A stretch of 64,000 nucleotides of DNA from Coraliomargarita sp. (GTDB lineage Bacteria; Verrucomicrobiota; Verrucomicrobiia; Opitutales; Coraliomargaritaceae): contig OZ244160.1 in NCBI GenBank assembly GCA_965216325.1, positions 224,001 to 288,000 of the forward strand, given 5' to 3'. This document shows positions 46,041 to 55,953 of this stretch, one piece after another. Numbering within the stretch: position 1 is the first letter of the stretch; every line of letters starts with the position of its first letter. The translations under genes were made by a program, and so were the position numbers. A model generated the notes under the pieces. It saw only the letters and a list, made by a program, of their open reading frames with translations. It did no database searches and had not been told where the DNA came from.

Positions 46041-46440
46041 AGCTGCATGGATTGAAGTCAGAGTTTAAGCTTAGCCAGGCGCGCGCATCCTGGAGAGTCG
46101 CGCCTTCGCCAGGCATCTCAAAGCCGGAGCAGATCATCGCATGCACATAAGTCCGGCTCTTTCCTATCGCAGCAGCTAACTCGAATAAAGTAAGCCGCTC
46201 GCCTGGGAATTGAATAATGGAAGTTCCGGATCTTGGCAGCTCGCCGCGATCCTCAGCCTCCTCGCTTATGTAAACTCCGAGCAATTCAACAACTTGACTG
46301 CGCATGCCGATCCACTCCTCGAGGGAGTAGTTTGATACTGATCGATGCAGCGCAGAGATCATATCAAATCCCCTGGCGCGCGCGGGAGCTGGTCTTGCCG
46401 GCTCAAACTTGACAACTATTTGTCCTGCATTATGTTTCAT
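46027..46440 (-). CDS. Hypothetical protein with C-terminal HTH-like domain
   Basis: LTLFELAAAIGKSRTYVHAM; paralogous to the N-terminus of 46784-47440. Confidence 0.7.
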   Translation of the reverse strand: MKHNAGQIVVKFEPARPAPARARGFDMISALHRSVSNYSLEEWIGMRSQVVELLGVYISEEAEDRGELPRSGTSIIQFPGERLTLFELAAAIGKSRTYVHAMICSGFEMPGEGATLQDARAWLSLNSDFNPCSYDTN

Positions 46441-46531
46441 GTTTTTACTGATACATTGAACCGCGTCATCGATTAGGCCCGAGGCGCGGTTTATTTATGT
46501 TCGCAGCCAACACCATGAAGGCCGCCAAAGT

Positions 46532-46723
46532 TTACCGAGTCTCCATTCCTCGAAGTGCCTCGAGTGCCCTATCAATAGGGATTAAAATCAGACGTGGAGT
46601 AGGGCGGCAGTGCGGAACAATGCCCTGCGAAACCAGGTTGTTTACATGGCGACGACTGCAACCGATACGCTTTGCAAACTGAATCGGTTTTTCATATTCG
46701 GCTGTTGGGCTTTCTTGCTTCAT
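46532..46723 (-). CDS. Excisionase/AlpA-like HTH protein
   Basis: 63 aa; QFAKRIGCSRRHV..L...G.VP...PRLILI. Confidence 0.72.
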   Translation of the reverse strand: MKQESPTAEYEKPIQFAKRIGCSRRHVNNLVSQGIVPHCRPTPRLILIPIDRALEALRGMETR

Positions 46724-46783
46724 GCAACCCATAATGCCGAAAATGCCTCAGTAAAAAAACGAGAGTCGAAAAGTAGAACTTTC

Positions 46784-47440
46784 CTATTTATTCTTCGGGC
46801 GACCCCGAGGCATCTTTAGTAAATTCCAGCCCATTGCCTTAGCTGCGCTCTCGATCGTTTTCTTGTCAGCGGTGCAGTGACTAAGTTCATCAGAAACTTG
46901 CTGCCAGGTGAGCTCCTCCCCATCTCGCTCCGCACGCTGTTTTATTATGACCATTTCTAACCGGACCGGATCAAGCGGGCCTGTTGATTCCTTTTTGCGG
47001 CGCAAACTACGGGAAAGAGCCTCAAAGAATTCAAAATTAAGCTCCTCTATTTTTCCACGAAGAAGCTTTCCCAGGTATTCATCCTCAAATCCTTCTTGCC
47101 CTGTTTGATGGTCGAGAACCACTTGATCGCAGACACCCAAATCCGGATGATTTATTACATCCTCGCCATCGGAAAAGAAACAGATGCGCTCATTGAACCC
47201 CCCTGGCATATCAGGCAGATACATATTAGGCTTCCTTCCAGTCTTCACTGGGTTGCTCTTCTTTTTGTTATACGCTGTTGAGGAAAATTTTGGATTCGCG
47301 GCAAGCCACGCCCGAGCCTCACTTAAAGTCGCCCTGGATCCAGGCATAACAAACCCCGCTTCCTTCATCGCAAATATGTATCCACGGTTGCGACCAAGTT
47401 CAGCCGCCAACTCTTTCACAGATAGTAACTTTTCAGTCAT
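46784..47440 (-). CDS. Hypothetical regulator with N-terminal HTH-like domain
   Basis: LLSVKELAAELGRNRGYIFAM; ATGA overlap with integrase stop; C-terminal PRGRPK. Confidence 0.72.
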   Translation of the reverse strand: MTEKLLSVKELAAELGRNRGYIFAMKEAGFVMPGSRATLSEARAWLAANPKFSSTAYNKKKSNPVKTGRKPNMYLPDMPGGFNERICFFSDGEDVINHPDLGVCDQVVLDHQTGQEGFEDEYLGKLLRGKIEELNFEFFEALSRSLRRKKESTGPLDPVRLEMVIIKQRAERDGEELTWQQVSDELSHCTADKKTIESAAKAMGWNLLKMPRGRPKNK

Positions 47441-48618
47441 GCAACATCCTCCACTAATTGAGCGCCCTTCGGCGCTATTCTCCAAAACTTCACGCCGTCG
47501 GCCTTTTTTACCAGGGCCCTATAGTGCTGCAAAACCATTTCAGGCGTGCCGTGCCCCATGGCCTCCTGCAGCTTCTTGATATCGCCATAAGCGGCTAGGT
47601 GATAGCTCGCGAAGGAGTGCCGCAGAACATCCTGCTTTTTCGCTATTCCGACAACGTGGCGAATCGCTTTAATCTTATCCCCCCATACGGATGGAATGAT
47701 TCTCCCCGTTCGTTCCCCTTCGGGCGTCAACTCCAGCCAGGCGCGGAGATTTGTGGCCATTTCAATATTCCGGACGGACCGCGTTTTCGCTACATCGAGA
47801 CCGACCTTAATAAACTCATGGTCAAAGTCTACGTGCTCCCAATGTAGCCGAGTAATTTCTTTCGGACGGATTCCCGCGAAAAGTTGCAAAGCAACAGCCG
47901 GAATACAGTCGGAGCAATCTAGGCGGTAACTCATCGGGATGTTCTTTTCCTTCCGGTGGTCGCGACAAGCCTCGAGAACCGCCTCACACTCCTCGAGTGT
48001 TGCAATCTCAGTCGGTGACTTCTTCGGCTTCCGTGATTCGATCCGAGTAAATGGGTTTTCGTCTAGATAACCCCGCTTTATGGCGAAACTGAAAGCAGGA
48101 CGAATCGTCCTTGAAGCATTGTCGAATTGTCGGTCCGTATGGAAAGATCCTTCGATAGCCTTCTCTATCTCGATTGGCTCAATCTCCGAAACTGTCCTTT
48201 GTCCCAATGCAGCAATAAGAGGGACCGAATACCGAGACATGTCCTTTAAATATGAATCCGAAACGCTAGTCTCCTTGCGCTCTTGGTATTCGTTCCAGAG
48301 AGCTTCTAGGGTGACAGAGCGATCTGTCCTTTCTTTCCAGTCGCTCCAATGTTGAGCGGCCTCCGAGAGCGTGCAGCGACCGTTTAGAATATCGTAGGCT
48401 TTCGCCGCGTCCTCGGCTTCTCCAGCGGTTAGCCGGCGAGAAGTCTCGCCCCATTTTCGGAGCTCGCCCTTTATCCTGGATGCTTCGGTCTTTGCCTTGC
48501 TTTCGTTTGAGAAAAACAGGCGCTGTCTCTTTCCAGTCGGGGAGGCTTTTGCGCTGACATCAAGTAGCCAGCGGCCATCAGGCAAGGATTTCGGCTCAAG
48601 TGCAGGTGATTTCGGCAT
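47437..48618 (-). CDS. Tyrosine recombinase/integrase
   Basis: AGIRPKEI (R), AKT (K), DVLRHSFASY, MGHG, HY; adjacent to att. Confidence 0.95.
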   Translation of the reverse strand: MPKSPALEPKSLPDGRWLLDVSAKASPTGKRQRLFFSNESKAKTEASRIKGELRKWGETSRRLTAGEAEDAAKAYDILNGRCTLSEAAQHWSDWKERTDRSVTLEALWNEYQERKETSVSDSYLKDMSRYSVPLIAALGQRTVSEIEPIEIEKAIEGSFHTDRQFDNASRTIRPAFSFAIKRGYLDENPFTRIESRKPKKSPTEIATLEECEAVLEACRDHRKEKNIPMSYRLDCSDCIPAVALQLFAGIRPKEITRLHWEHVDFDHEFIKVGLDVAKTRSVRNIEMATNLRAWLELTPEGERTGRIIPSVWGDKIKAIRHVVGIAKKQDVLRHSFASYHLAAYGDIKKLQEAMGHGTPEMVLQHYRALVKKADGVKFWRIAPKGAQLVEDVA

Positions 48619-48727
48619 GACTCCAGACTGCCCAATGATGCCCAAACAACAAGCCTTTAATGCCTTAAATGCCTAAATAGTGCCTAAATTACATGTTGAT
48701 AAGCAATGGCTTAGGTAATTGCGGCAA

Positions 48728-48774
<47 letters not shown>

Positions 48775-48781
48775 TGGGCAC

Positions 48782-48957
48782 TTCGTTTGGCGTGACTTTG
48801 TTCGTCAAACTGCCAAGGGCACCCGTTTTCCTCACCCACTACGTGGGCTACGCCATCTTCGTGCTTTCGCACTACGTCACCCTCCGGGTGGTCCGATCTG
48901 CGGTGCAGTCGGTCATGTCGGCCTTCGGCCTCGGAACAAGTCCCGCCCTGGGCACCA
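48782..48957. repeat. Hairpin-rich mini-insert ending in a third copy of the tRNA-Leu 3' end
   Basis: CAAGTCCCGCCCTGGGCACCA at 48937-48957 preceded by four short perfect hairpins. Confidence 0.75.
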
Positions 48958-48987
48958 ACGGCTTGTGCGATTTCTGGCTGCCCTGCA

Positions 48988-49922
48988 TTAGAAGTGGTGC
49001 ACCCAGCGAAGGTTGCCACGTGTGCCTTCTGGTCGGTTTTCGGCTTCCATCTCAACGTAGAGGTTAAAGAAGATATGGTCTTCGGGTGAGAAGCTATAGA
49101 TGAAACCGGGGCCGAGTGCGAGGACCTGCTCTTCGCTATCCGATAGCGAGTCTCCGTTGATCTCGTCCTCTTCGAATTGGTAGAATGCATAGCCGTTCAG
49201 ACCGATGCGTAGCTGGTCCGGAATCAGCATGTAGGCCATTGCAAAGTTCGCATGCAAGGATTGGCCGGCTTGAATGTCGATGCCGCCCGGGCCGTCGGTA
49301 TTCTCGTCATTCCAAAGATAGTGCAGACGCCAGCTTCAGTCCATTTGGGCGAAAGAAAGAGAGTGCCTGCCCAGTAGGGGTTGAAGGAGAAGTGGTTGCT
49401 ACTGGGATTGGCTGCGTTGTCTTTATCGTATTTTCCGGTTGGGAAAATCATCTGCAGTTCGACGCGGTGCATGAAGATCGGTCCGTTGTCGCCCATAATT
49501 GGATCCCATTGTAGGAAGGGGCCTACGAGCAGGTCACCGAGACCTGTTTCGTCGGAGCTCGGCAGCGGGCTGCTTCGGGCATCGAGGTCCAGGTGCACCA
49601 CGGGCACGATCACATCCAGGCCCCACTTTCCTCCAGCCAAAATCGTCTGATCGGATTGGTATATGAACTGAGAGAGTGAGATGAAGGCGTCGAGCTCGGG
49701 GTCGCCCGGGATTTCATCGTTGCCAGTTAGGGTGAATTCGTCGGCCGTCCAATATTGAAAATATTGGGTAAAGTAGAAGCCGGGGCCTGCGGGGGGCCCT
49801 CCGTCGAGAAAACTAGTAAAGCCCAGATTCACGGACGGCTGGTTATAGGCCAGCGCGGTGCTTCCTGTGGTTGCCAGTGAGAGTGTGAGGAGTAGGGCGG
49901 ACAAGTGTTGTTGCAGCTTCAT
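48988..49922 (-). pseudogene. Frameshifted outer-membrane transporter (SphA / phenol MetA-pathway-like)
   Basis: [36 protein letters not shown]; split by an apparent 1-bp deletion near 49337 (could be a sequencing error). Confidence 0.75.
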
Positions 49923-50090
49923 TCGTTATCTTGACGGGGAGTTGTTTGATGTGAGTGCCAGCCTCCGCATCTATCTTTGGCTAGCAAGCTCTTGGCTCTC
50001 AGGGACAAGGAAATTAGGTTCTCGAAAGGCTGCTATTAGACGAGTCATTGGCCTTGAGATCGCTGGCTTGTGCCTACTAATGTCGACGCA

Positions 50091-51062
50091 ATGAAAGTTT
50101 TTGTAATCGGAAATGGCGGCTGGGGTACCGCGCTCGGTATGGTGCTCGCCGGAAATGGTAACGATGTTACGGTCTGGGGACCTTTTGAAGACGAACTCAG
50201 TGAGATCCGTGAGCGTGGCGAGAATCCCGCCTACCTCCCGGGCGTTCAGGTCCCCACAGAGATTTCTTGGACGGCTGATCCTGCCGAGGTGAGCGATGCC
50301 GACCTTGTCGTCGTGGTGACTCCCTCACGCTTCTATCGCTCGTCGCTAGAGACCTTTAAGCCGCACCTGCCAGCAGACGCGTTACTGGTCAGTGCGACCA
50401 AGGGGCTGGATGAAAGCACGCACCAACGCATGAGCGAGGTGGCGAAAGATGTTTTGGGTAAAGACATTGCGATTCTGTCGGGTCCTTCGCATGCTGAAGA
50501 GGTTGCACGAGGGGTGCCCACCGCAGTGACGATTGCCGGTGAACATGCCGAGCAGATGCAGCAGGCCTTCATGGGGGAAACTTTTCGTGTCTATACCTCA
50601 GACGACCCACTAGGCGTCGAAATTGGCGGCACCTTAAAAAACATCATTGCCGTGGCGGCAGGGATTCTGGATGGCATTGGCTTGGGCGATAACAGTAAGG
50701 CTGCGCTCATGACGCGTGGCCTCGCGGAGATTTCACGCTTGGGTGTGTGCCTTGGGGCCAAGCCGGAAACGTTCTCCGGTCTGAGTGGCATTGGGGATTT
50801 GATGGTTACCTGTGCGAGCCGTCACAGTCGCAATCGTTCGGTTGGTGAACGACTCGGTAAGGGCGAAAGTCTCGAGCAAATCATGGGCAGCATGAAGCAA
50901 GTCGCTGAGGGCATTTGGAATGCCAAGGCGGCTCGCGATCTTGCGGCCGAGCACAACATCCAAATGCCGATTACCGAAGAGGTGTGTAAGATCGTCGAAG
51001 AGGGTAAAGACCCTCGTCAAGCACTCAAAGATCTGATGTCTCGTGATCCGCGAGCGGAGTAA
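50091..51062 (+). CDS. gpsA: NAD(P)H-dependent glycerol-3-phosphate dehydrogenase
   Basis: GNGGWGTAL, TKG, SGPSHAEEV, LKNIIA, GDL.VTC.S.HSRN. Confidence 0.96.
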   Translation: MKVFVIGNGGWGTALGMVLAGNGNDVTVWGPFEDELSEIRERGENPAYLPGVQVPTEISWTADPAEVSDADLVVVVTPSRFYRSSLETFKPHLPADALLVSATKGLDESTHQRMSEVAKDVLGKDIAILSGPSHAEEVARGVPTAVTIAGEHAEQMQQAFMGETFRVYTSDDPLGVEIGGTLKNIIAVAAGILDGIGLGDNSKAALMTRGLAEISRLGVCLGAKPETFSGLSGIGDLMVTCASRHSRNRSVGERLGKGESLEQIMGSMKQVAEGIWNAKAARDLAAEHNIQMPITEEVCKIVEEGKDPRQALKDLMSRDPRAE

Positions 51063-51089
51063 GCTCGTTTGCTTGTGTTGAGCGGTGTG

Positions 51090-51425
51090 CTATTCCGCAC
51101 GGAACTCATTAATGTCATAGAGGAAGTCTTCGCCGTCGGAGAGATAGAGCCGGTTCGCTTTGGTGATGTATTCGATGTTTTCCGGATCGGCGTTTTCGGG
51201 GATCAGGTTGATGATGTTGCGCGCATCGGTAAGCGAGATGACTTGGGTCCGTTTTTCGGGCTTCTTCTCAAATTTTTTATAGAGGCTCATGATAAACACA
51301 TAGCCGGTTACGCGGACCGTGTGTTCGTTAGATGACTCGACTTCACCGATAAAATGTCGCCGTTGGTCGCCTTCAAAATTGCGTCGGAATGCAACAAAGA
51401 TGCGTTCGCCTTTTTTCAGTGTCAT
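51090..51425 (-). CDS. Hypothetical protein
   Basis: 111-aa ORF with RRNFEGDQRRHFIGEV. Confidence 0.6.
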   Translation of the reverse strand: MTLKKGERIFVAFRRNFEGDQRRHFIGEVESSNEHTVRVTGYVFIMSLYKKFEKKPEKRTQVISLTDARNIINLIPENADPENIEYITKANRLYLSDGEDFLYDINEFRAE

Positions 51426-51508
51426 AGTGGATATAGGAATGGGGGTGCGGTTTCGGGAGAGTTTGTTGGGGGCTATTTTCAAGCGGCTTCGCTTGGCATT
51501 GGCGAGTG

Positions 51509-52006
51509 TTAGCGGAGGGAGTCCACTGATTCTACTTGGTTAATCAACCAGCCGTCTTCGGTGGATACAAAGTGAAACAGAAAGTCCTGTAGGGCAGGGT
51601 TGGGCTCGCCGGTGACTTGTGCGTGACCAGTTGCTTCTACGGTTGCAGTCAGTGCATCGTCAGCCAGTTCGATTTCGATATCGACCAGACGGGCGCTGAG
51701 TCCACTGGCTTGCCTGCGCGCGGCGATTGCAGCGCCCTGAATCGCTTCGCGGCCAGTCAAGCTTTGCTGGCGGAGACCAGGCACTCGAATGCTCACGATC
51801 ACATTTTCGGTGAACAAGCTACCCAAGCGCTTGGCTTTGGTGACCGCACTCAGATCGGACTCCTTTGCATTAAAGGATACCAGCTCTTCAAGTGCTTCCA
51901 GTTGTTGTCGTATACGCGCTTCCGGTCCGGCGAAAATACCCAGTAGTAAATAGCCGAAAAATGCGAATGAGAAGAGCGCGAATGCGATTTGTAGTGAGCG
52001 ATTCAA
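51509..52006 (-). CDS. Membrane-anchored NTF2/SnoaL-like protein
   Basis: N-terminal TM; LFTENV, GREAI, DGWLI. Confidence 0.6.
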   Translation of the reverse strand: MNRSLQIAFALFSFAFFGYLLLGIFAGPEARIRQQLEALEELVSFNAKESDLSAVTKAKRLGSLFTENVIVSIRVPGLRQQSLTGREAIQGAAIAARRQASGLSARLVDIEIELADDALTATVEATGHAQVTGEPNPALQDFLFHFVSTEDGWLINQVESVDSLR

Positions 52007-52503
52007 AAGATTACCTTTCCAACGATACGGGATTCTGTGGTGCGACCGAATAAGTGCTGAGTCAGTGGCATCGAGCGGTTGTCGCCGACGACGAAATATT
52101 CATTTGCTGCGCAACTAACTGCCGCCTTGCTCCAATTCGAGTTAAAGCTGAGATAAGGCTCTTCGACTGCAATGCCGTCAACGATCAATCGTCCATTCTC
52201 AAAGCCAATTGCTTCGCCCGGTAGACCGACCACGCGCTTGAGTAGGAAGAGACTACGGCCAGAATCTCGCAGACGCACGGCGACGATATCGCCCCGTTGC
52301 GGAGAAGACCAAAGATAAGCGAGTCGATTCGCGACTGCGAATTCGCCACTGCTATAAGAGGGCTCCATACTCTCACCTTGTAGCCGTAGGGGAGCCAGGA
52401 TGACTCTAAACATTACGATGGAGGTAATGACCAGAATCAGGACCCGAAGCAGAGTGCGTCGCAACTGTGTGCCGATGAGGAGCCGTTTTAGAATCGCAGA
52501 CAT
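52003..52503 (-). CDS. lepB: Signal peptidase I
   Basis: [27 protein letters not shown]. Confidence 0.93.
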   Translation of the reverse strand: MSAILKRLLIGTQLRRTLLRVLILVITSIVMFRVILAPLRLQGESMEPSYSSGEFAVANRLAYLWSSPQRGDIVAVRLRDSGRSLFLLKRVVGLPGEAIGFENGRLIVDGIAVEEPYLSFNSNWSKAAVSCAANEYFVVGDNRSMPLTQHLFGRTTESRIVGKVIF

Positions 52504-52633
52504 GTCGAAGCATTAGCACAAGGTTTCGTCCATGTGAAAGCTCAATCTGCCAACGAGTTGCAGAATCTGATCCTGATGGAATGAGGTTGCATTCGTGGTG
52601 GTATTCGACTATAAAAACCGAAGGAGGTTTAAG

Positions 52634-53122
52634 ATGAAAAATGTATCCGTTTCACCCCTTGTCTTGGTGGGAATTATACTAGCACTCATACTGTCCTTGG
52701 GAGCGTTGTTGTTTACCCAACGAGTCGTTGAGGACTCACCCAAAGGGTTTGTCCTACCCGCAGGAGATCCAGTTAAAGGCAGGCAAGCCTTTGTCGATCT
52801 TGGCTGTGTGAACTGTCACTCCGTTTACGGCGAGACATTTGCGACTGAGCCTAGTGTCAATTCTGAGTGGGTCATTCCGCTTGGGGGTGAATTGCCTATG
52901 GCAGTCAGTTATGGCCGTTTGGTCACCTCGATCATCCATCCATCGGAGTCAACGCGTTCCAGTAGCGATGTCTATGTCGGAGAAGACGGCGAATCCTTAA
53001 TGCCTGAATACAAAAGCGTGATGACGGTTGAACAAATGACCGACTTGGTCGATTTCTTACAAGATCACTATGACGTCGTCAGCGTGTATGATTATGGGCA
53101 TAACCCGGTACTGTATCCATAG
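52634..53122 (+). CDS. Membrane-anchored monoheme cytochrome c
   Basis: N-terminal TM, CVNCH, distal LMP. Confidence 0.85.
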   Translation: MKNVSVSPLVLVGIILALILSLGALLFTQRVVEDSPKGFVLPAGDPVKGRQAFVDLGCVNCHSVYGETFATEPSVNSEWVIPLGGELPMAVSYGRLVTSIIHPSESTRSSSDVYVGEDGESLMPEYKSVMTVEQMTDLVDFLQDHYDVVSVYDYGHNPVLYP

Positions 53123-53251
53123 CTAGTAGCCTTTGCTTTTACAGTGTTTGCGCAATGCAGATCTGATCATGAGAACTGCTGGTGGAGGCGCGTCTATCCT
53201 TCGGGAGTACTTTCTGGGAATAAGCGCGAGTTTTGTAGCTCCTCTTTATCT

Positions 53252-53950
53252 ATGCGTAGAACACTCTCATTATTGATCGTTTTATCGATGACGCAGCTCG
53301 TTGCTGAATCGGTGCTGCAGAAACAACTCGACCAAAAGAAGGCGTCTTCGCCGATTGATGCGACTACCCGCGCAACGATGCAGGCTGCAATCGATGAACT
53401 CGCCGCGACACAGATCACGAAGCACGCGGTTCAAGCTGGTGATGCCGCTCCGGATTTCTCGGCGCCGCGAGTGGACGGAACAGGGACGCTCGAGCTATCG
53501 AGTGCGTTTGAATCAGGCCCTGTGGTGCTGGTCTATTACCGTGGAGACTGGTGTCCGTATTGTAACCTCCAGCTTGTCGAGTATAACAAGTATGTAGAGC
53601 AATTTGCTGAGTATGACGCGCAAGTAGTCGCACTGAGCCCGCAGACTGCGGAGAATAGCAAATACTCTGGCGAGGCGAATCCCTTTGAGTTTACCATCGT
53701 TACGGATCCGGACAACGAGATTGCGCGTCGCTACGGTATCGCCTTCGAACTCCCCGAGGAAATTGACACCTTGTATACAAAGTTCGGCTTCGATCTACAC
53801 ATCGAAAATGATTCCGAACGTGCGGAACTACCGCTTGCTGCGACCTATGTCATCGGTCGCGATGGTGAGGTTGTTTATAGCTTTCTGGATGCCGACTACA
53901 CGAAGCGTGCGGAACCTGATGAGATTCTTGAAGTGTTAAAGGCGTTGTAG
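53252..53950 (+). CDS. Peroxiredoxin-like (AhpC/TSA) protein
   Basis: YRGDWCPYCN, LPLAATYVI, DYTKRAEP. Confidence 0.9.
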   Translation: MRRTLSLLIVLSMTQLVAESVLQKQLDQKKASSPIDATTRATMQAAIDELAATQITKHAVQAGDAAPDFSAPRVDGTGTLELSSAFESGPVVLVYYRGDWCPYCNLQLVEYNKYVEQFAEYDAQVVALSPQTAENSKYSGEANPFEFTIVTDPDNEIARRYGIAFELPEEIDTLYTKFGFDLHIENDSERAELPLAATYVIGRDGEVVYSFLDADYTKRAEPDEILEVLKAL

Positions 53951-53978
53951 TTGTGGCCGATCTACAGGCTTCGAGGTC

Positions 53979-54049
53979 GGTAGGGTGTGTTATACTTAAC
54001 GCGCCGAGACGATTCCGTTGACGGTTCGATAAGGATATCGAACCCTACC
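53979..54049. repeat. GTAG-type REP-like inverted pair between convergent genes
   Basis: GGTAGGGT...ACCCTACC with internal hairpin. Confidence 0.6.
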
Positions 54050-54052
54050 TGT

Positions 54053-55864
54053 TTACAGTCCTTCAAGTCCATACGGCATGCGCGCATACACATAGCGTGG
54101 GTCGTTCAGTGCACGGATCGTCCGAGTGATTGCCTCCATATGTGAACCGATTTCGTTTACTGGATGTGGTCCACGAGCGATTGGTGCAGCTCCGCTCTCT
54201 TCAAGCCATTTGGCCAATGTCTCGGCAAAGTTGGCAGGCCCGGGAACTTGCTCAATTGCGAGCTCTTTGAGTTCGCCGAGCTGTGTGGCTTCGGTGATGG
54301 CTTCATTGAGTCCACCACGTTTATCGGTCAGCTTGAGTTGCTGGGCACTGAGGCCGCTCCAGACGCGTCCCTGTGCCAGGTTGCGCACCTTGCTGCTCTC
54401 CAAGTTGCGACCTTCAGCGACTTTCTCGATAAAGGCGTCATAGATTTCGTCGGTAAAGCTTTGTATGAGCTCCATCTCACGTTCGGTGCGTGGACGACTC
54501 GGGGACTCGATGTCTGCGAACGGAGCGGTTTTGACTCCATCGAAATACACGTCGAATGCTGCCGCGGCTTCTTCGATGTTGAAAATCAGGCCAAACACCC
54601 CGATCGATCCGGTAATTGTGTAGGGCTGTGCATAGATCGTATCCGCATATGCCGAGATCCAATAACCCCCACTGGCCGCATAGCTGCCCATGGAGACGAT
54701 GACGGGCTTTTGTGTGGAGAGCAGTCGTGTTTCGCGCTGAATGACCTCCGACGCGATGGCACTGCCGCCAGGGCTATTGATGCGCAGCACCACGGCTTTG
54801 ACCGCATCGTCGTGACGCAGGCGACGTAGCTCCTCTGCCAGCCAGTCGCCTCCGACATAACCGGGGTATTTTCCCCCATCGACGATATCACCTTCGGCAT
54901 AAACGACGGCAATGCGCTCTCCAGTCTTAACTGAGGTGCTCAGATCGAGGCCATTCGCATAAGCATAGTCCATAAGGTCGATTTGACGGAAGGTGTTTTT
55001 ACGCTCAGCCGGAGCGTGTGTTTCGGAGAGCTGTTGGATTATTTCATCCAAGTAGCCGATCCGATCCACCAGATCTACATTCAGTGCAGTATCTGCGGTG
55101 AAGAACGCTTCTTGGGCACTGAGTTGGTTCAATGTTTGAAACTCGATGCCGCGCTCGTTGCTGACCTCGGCCAGTAGACTGTGCCACAGGTCGTTAAGTA
55201 AGGTGGTCATTTGCTGGCGGTCGGCATCGCTCATGCTGCTACGGGTGAACAACTCGACCGCAGATTTGTAGTCACCAACGCGTGTGGTTTGCACTCCGAT
55301 GCCATATTTTTCAAGTGCGCTGCCAAGAAAGGGCGCCGTGCTTGCGAGGCCGTTGAGTGAGACGGTTCCAAAGGGGTGAATCCATACTTCGTCGGCTACC
55401 GATTGGAGGTAGTAGTCCTTCTGGGTGGGACTGACCAAATAGGCGTAGACAGGTTTACCCGAGCGCTTGAATGCTTGAATCGCCTCGCGCACTTCCGAGA
55501 CTGCGGCCAACCCAGAGCCGTAGTTGCGGGCTTGGAGACTGCCATGCAAGAGTAGCGCGCTAATTGCCTCGTCACTCGCTGCGAGTTGGATGCTCTGAAC
55601 GACCTGAAGCAGGTGAGTCGTTGGTTGTGCTTGTCCACTGAGTGCTTCTTGCAGCACAGCCTCAAAGTTGGACAGGGGAGGTGCGTCTTGAATATTCGTA
55701 TTCAGATCGAGCACCAGCACGCTGTTCGTTTCGACTTCGACGATGGGGCTCTCTGCGACCGAGACCATAATCACGAGCACAAGGATAAGTGTGAACGCAG
55801 CTCCAAAGCAGATTAGAGTAAATGCGAGGAGAGAGCCTAATAGGCTTTGAAAAAATCCTTTCAT
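54053..55864 (-). CDS. sppA: Signal peptide peptidase SppA (67K type)
   Basis: VGDYKSAVE, LRINSPGGS, SMGSYAASGGYW, TGSIGV. Confidence 0.95.
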   Translation of the reverse strand: MKGFFQSLLGSLLAFTLICFGAAFTLILVLVIMVSVAESPIVEVETNSVLVLDLNTNIQDAPPLSNFEAVLQEALSGQAQPTTHLLQVVQSIQLAASDEAISALLLHGSLQARNYGSGLAAVSEVREAIQAFKRSGKPVYAYLVSPTQKDYYLQSVADEVWIHPFGTVSLNGLASTAPFLGSALEKYGIGVQTTRVGDYKSAVELFTRSSMSDADRQQMTTLLNDLWHSLLAEVSNERGIEFQTLNQLSAQEAFFTADTALNVDLVDRIGYLDEIIQQLSETHAPAERKNTFRQIDLMDYAYANGLDLSTSVKTGERIAVVYAEGDIVDGGKYPGYVGGDWLAEELRRLRHDDAVKAVVLRINSPGGSAIASEVIQRETRLLSTQKPVIVSMGSYAASGGYWISAYADTIYAQPYTITGSIGVFGLIFNIEEAAAAFDVYFDGVKTAPFADIESPSRPRTEREMELIQSFTDEIYDAFIEKVAEGRNLESSKVRNLAQGRVWSGLSAQQLKLTDKRGGLNEAITEATQLGELKELAIEQVPGPANFAETLAKWLEESGAAPIARGPHPVNEIGSHMEAITRTIRALNDPRYVYARMPYGLEGL

Positions 55865-55953
55865 GTCGCCGACTTTCAGCGAAAGCTGGCAATGCTGGCA
55901 ACCTCCAATGCGCCGAATCAAACATCTGTTCGAGTCATCAGGAGTCTGTCGTC

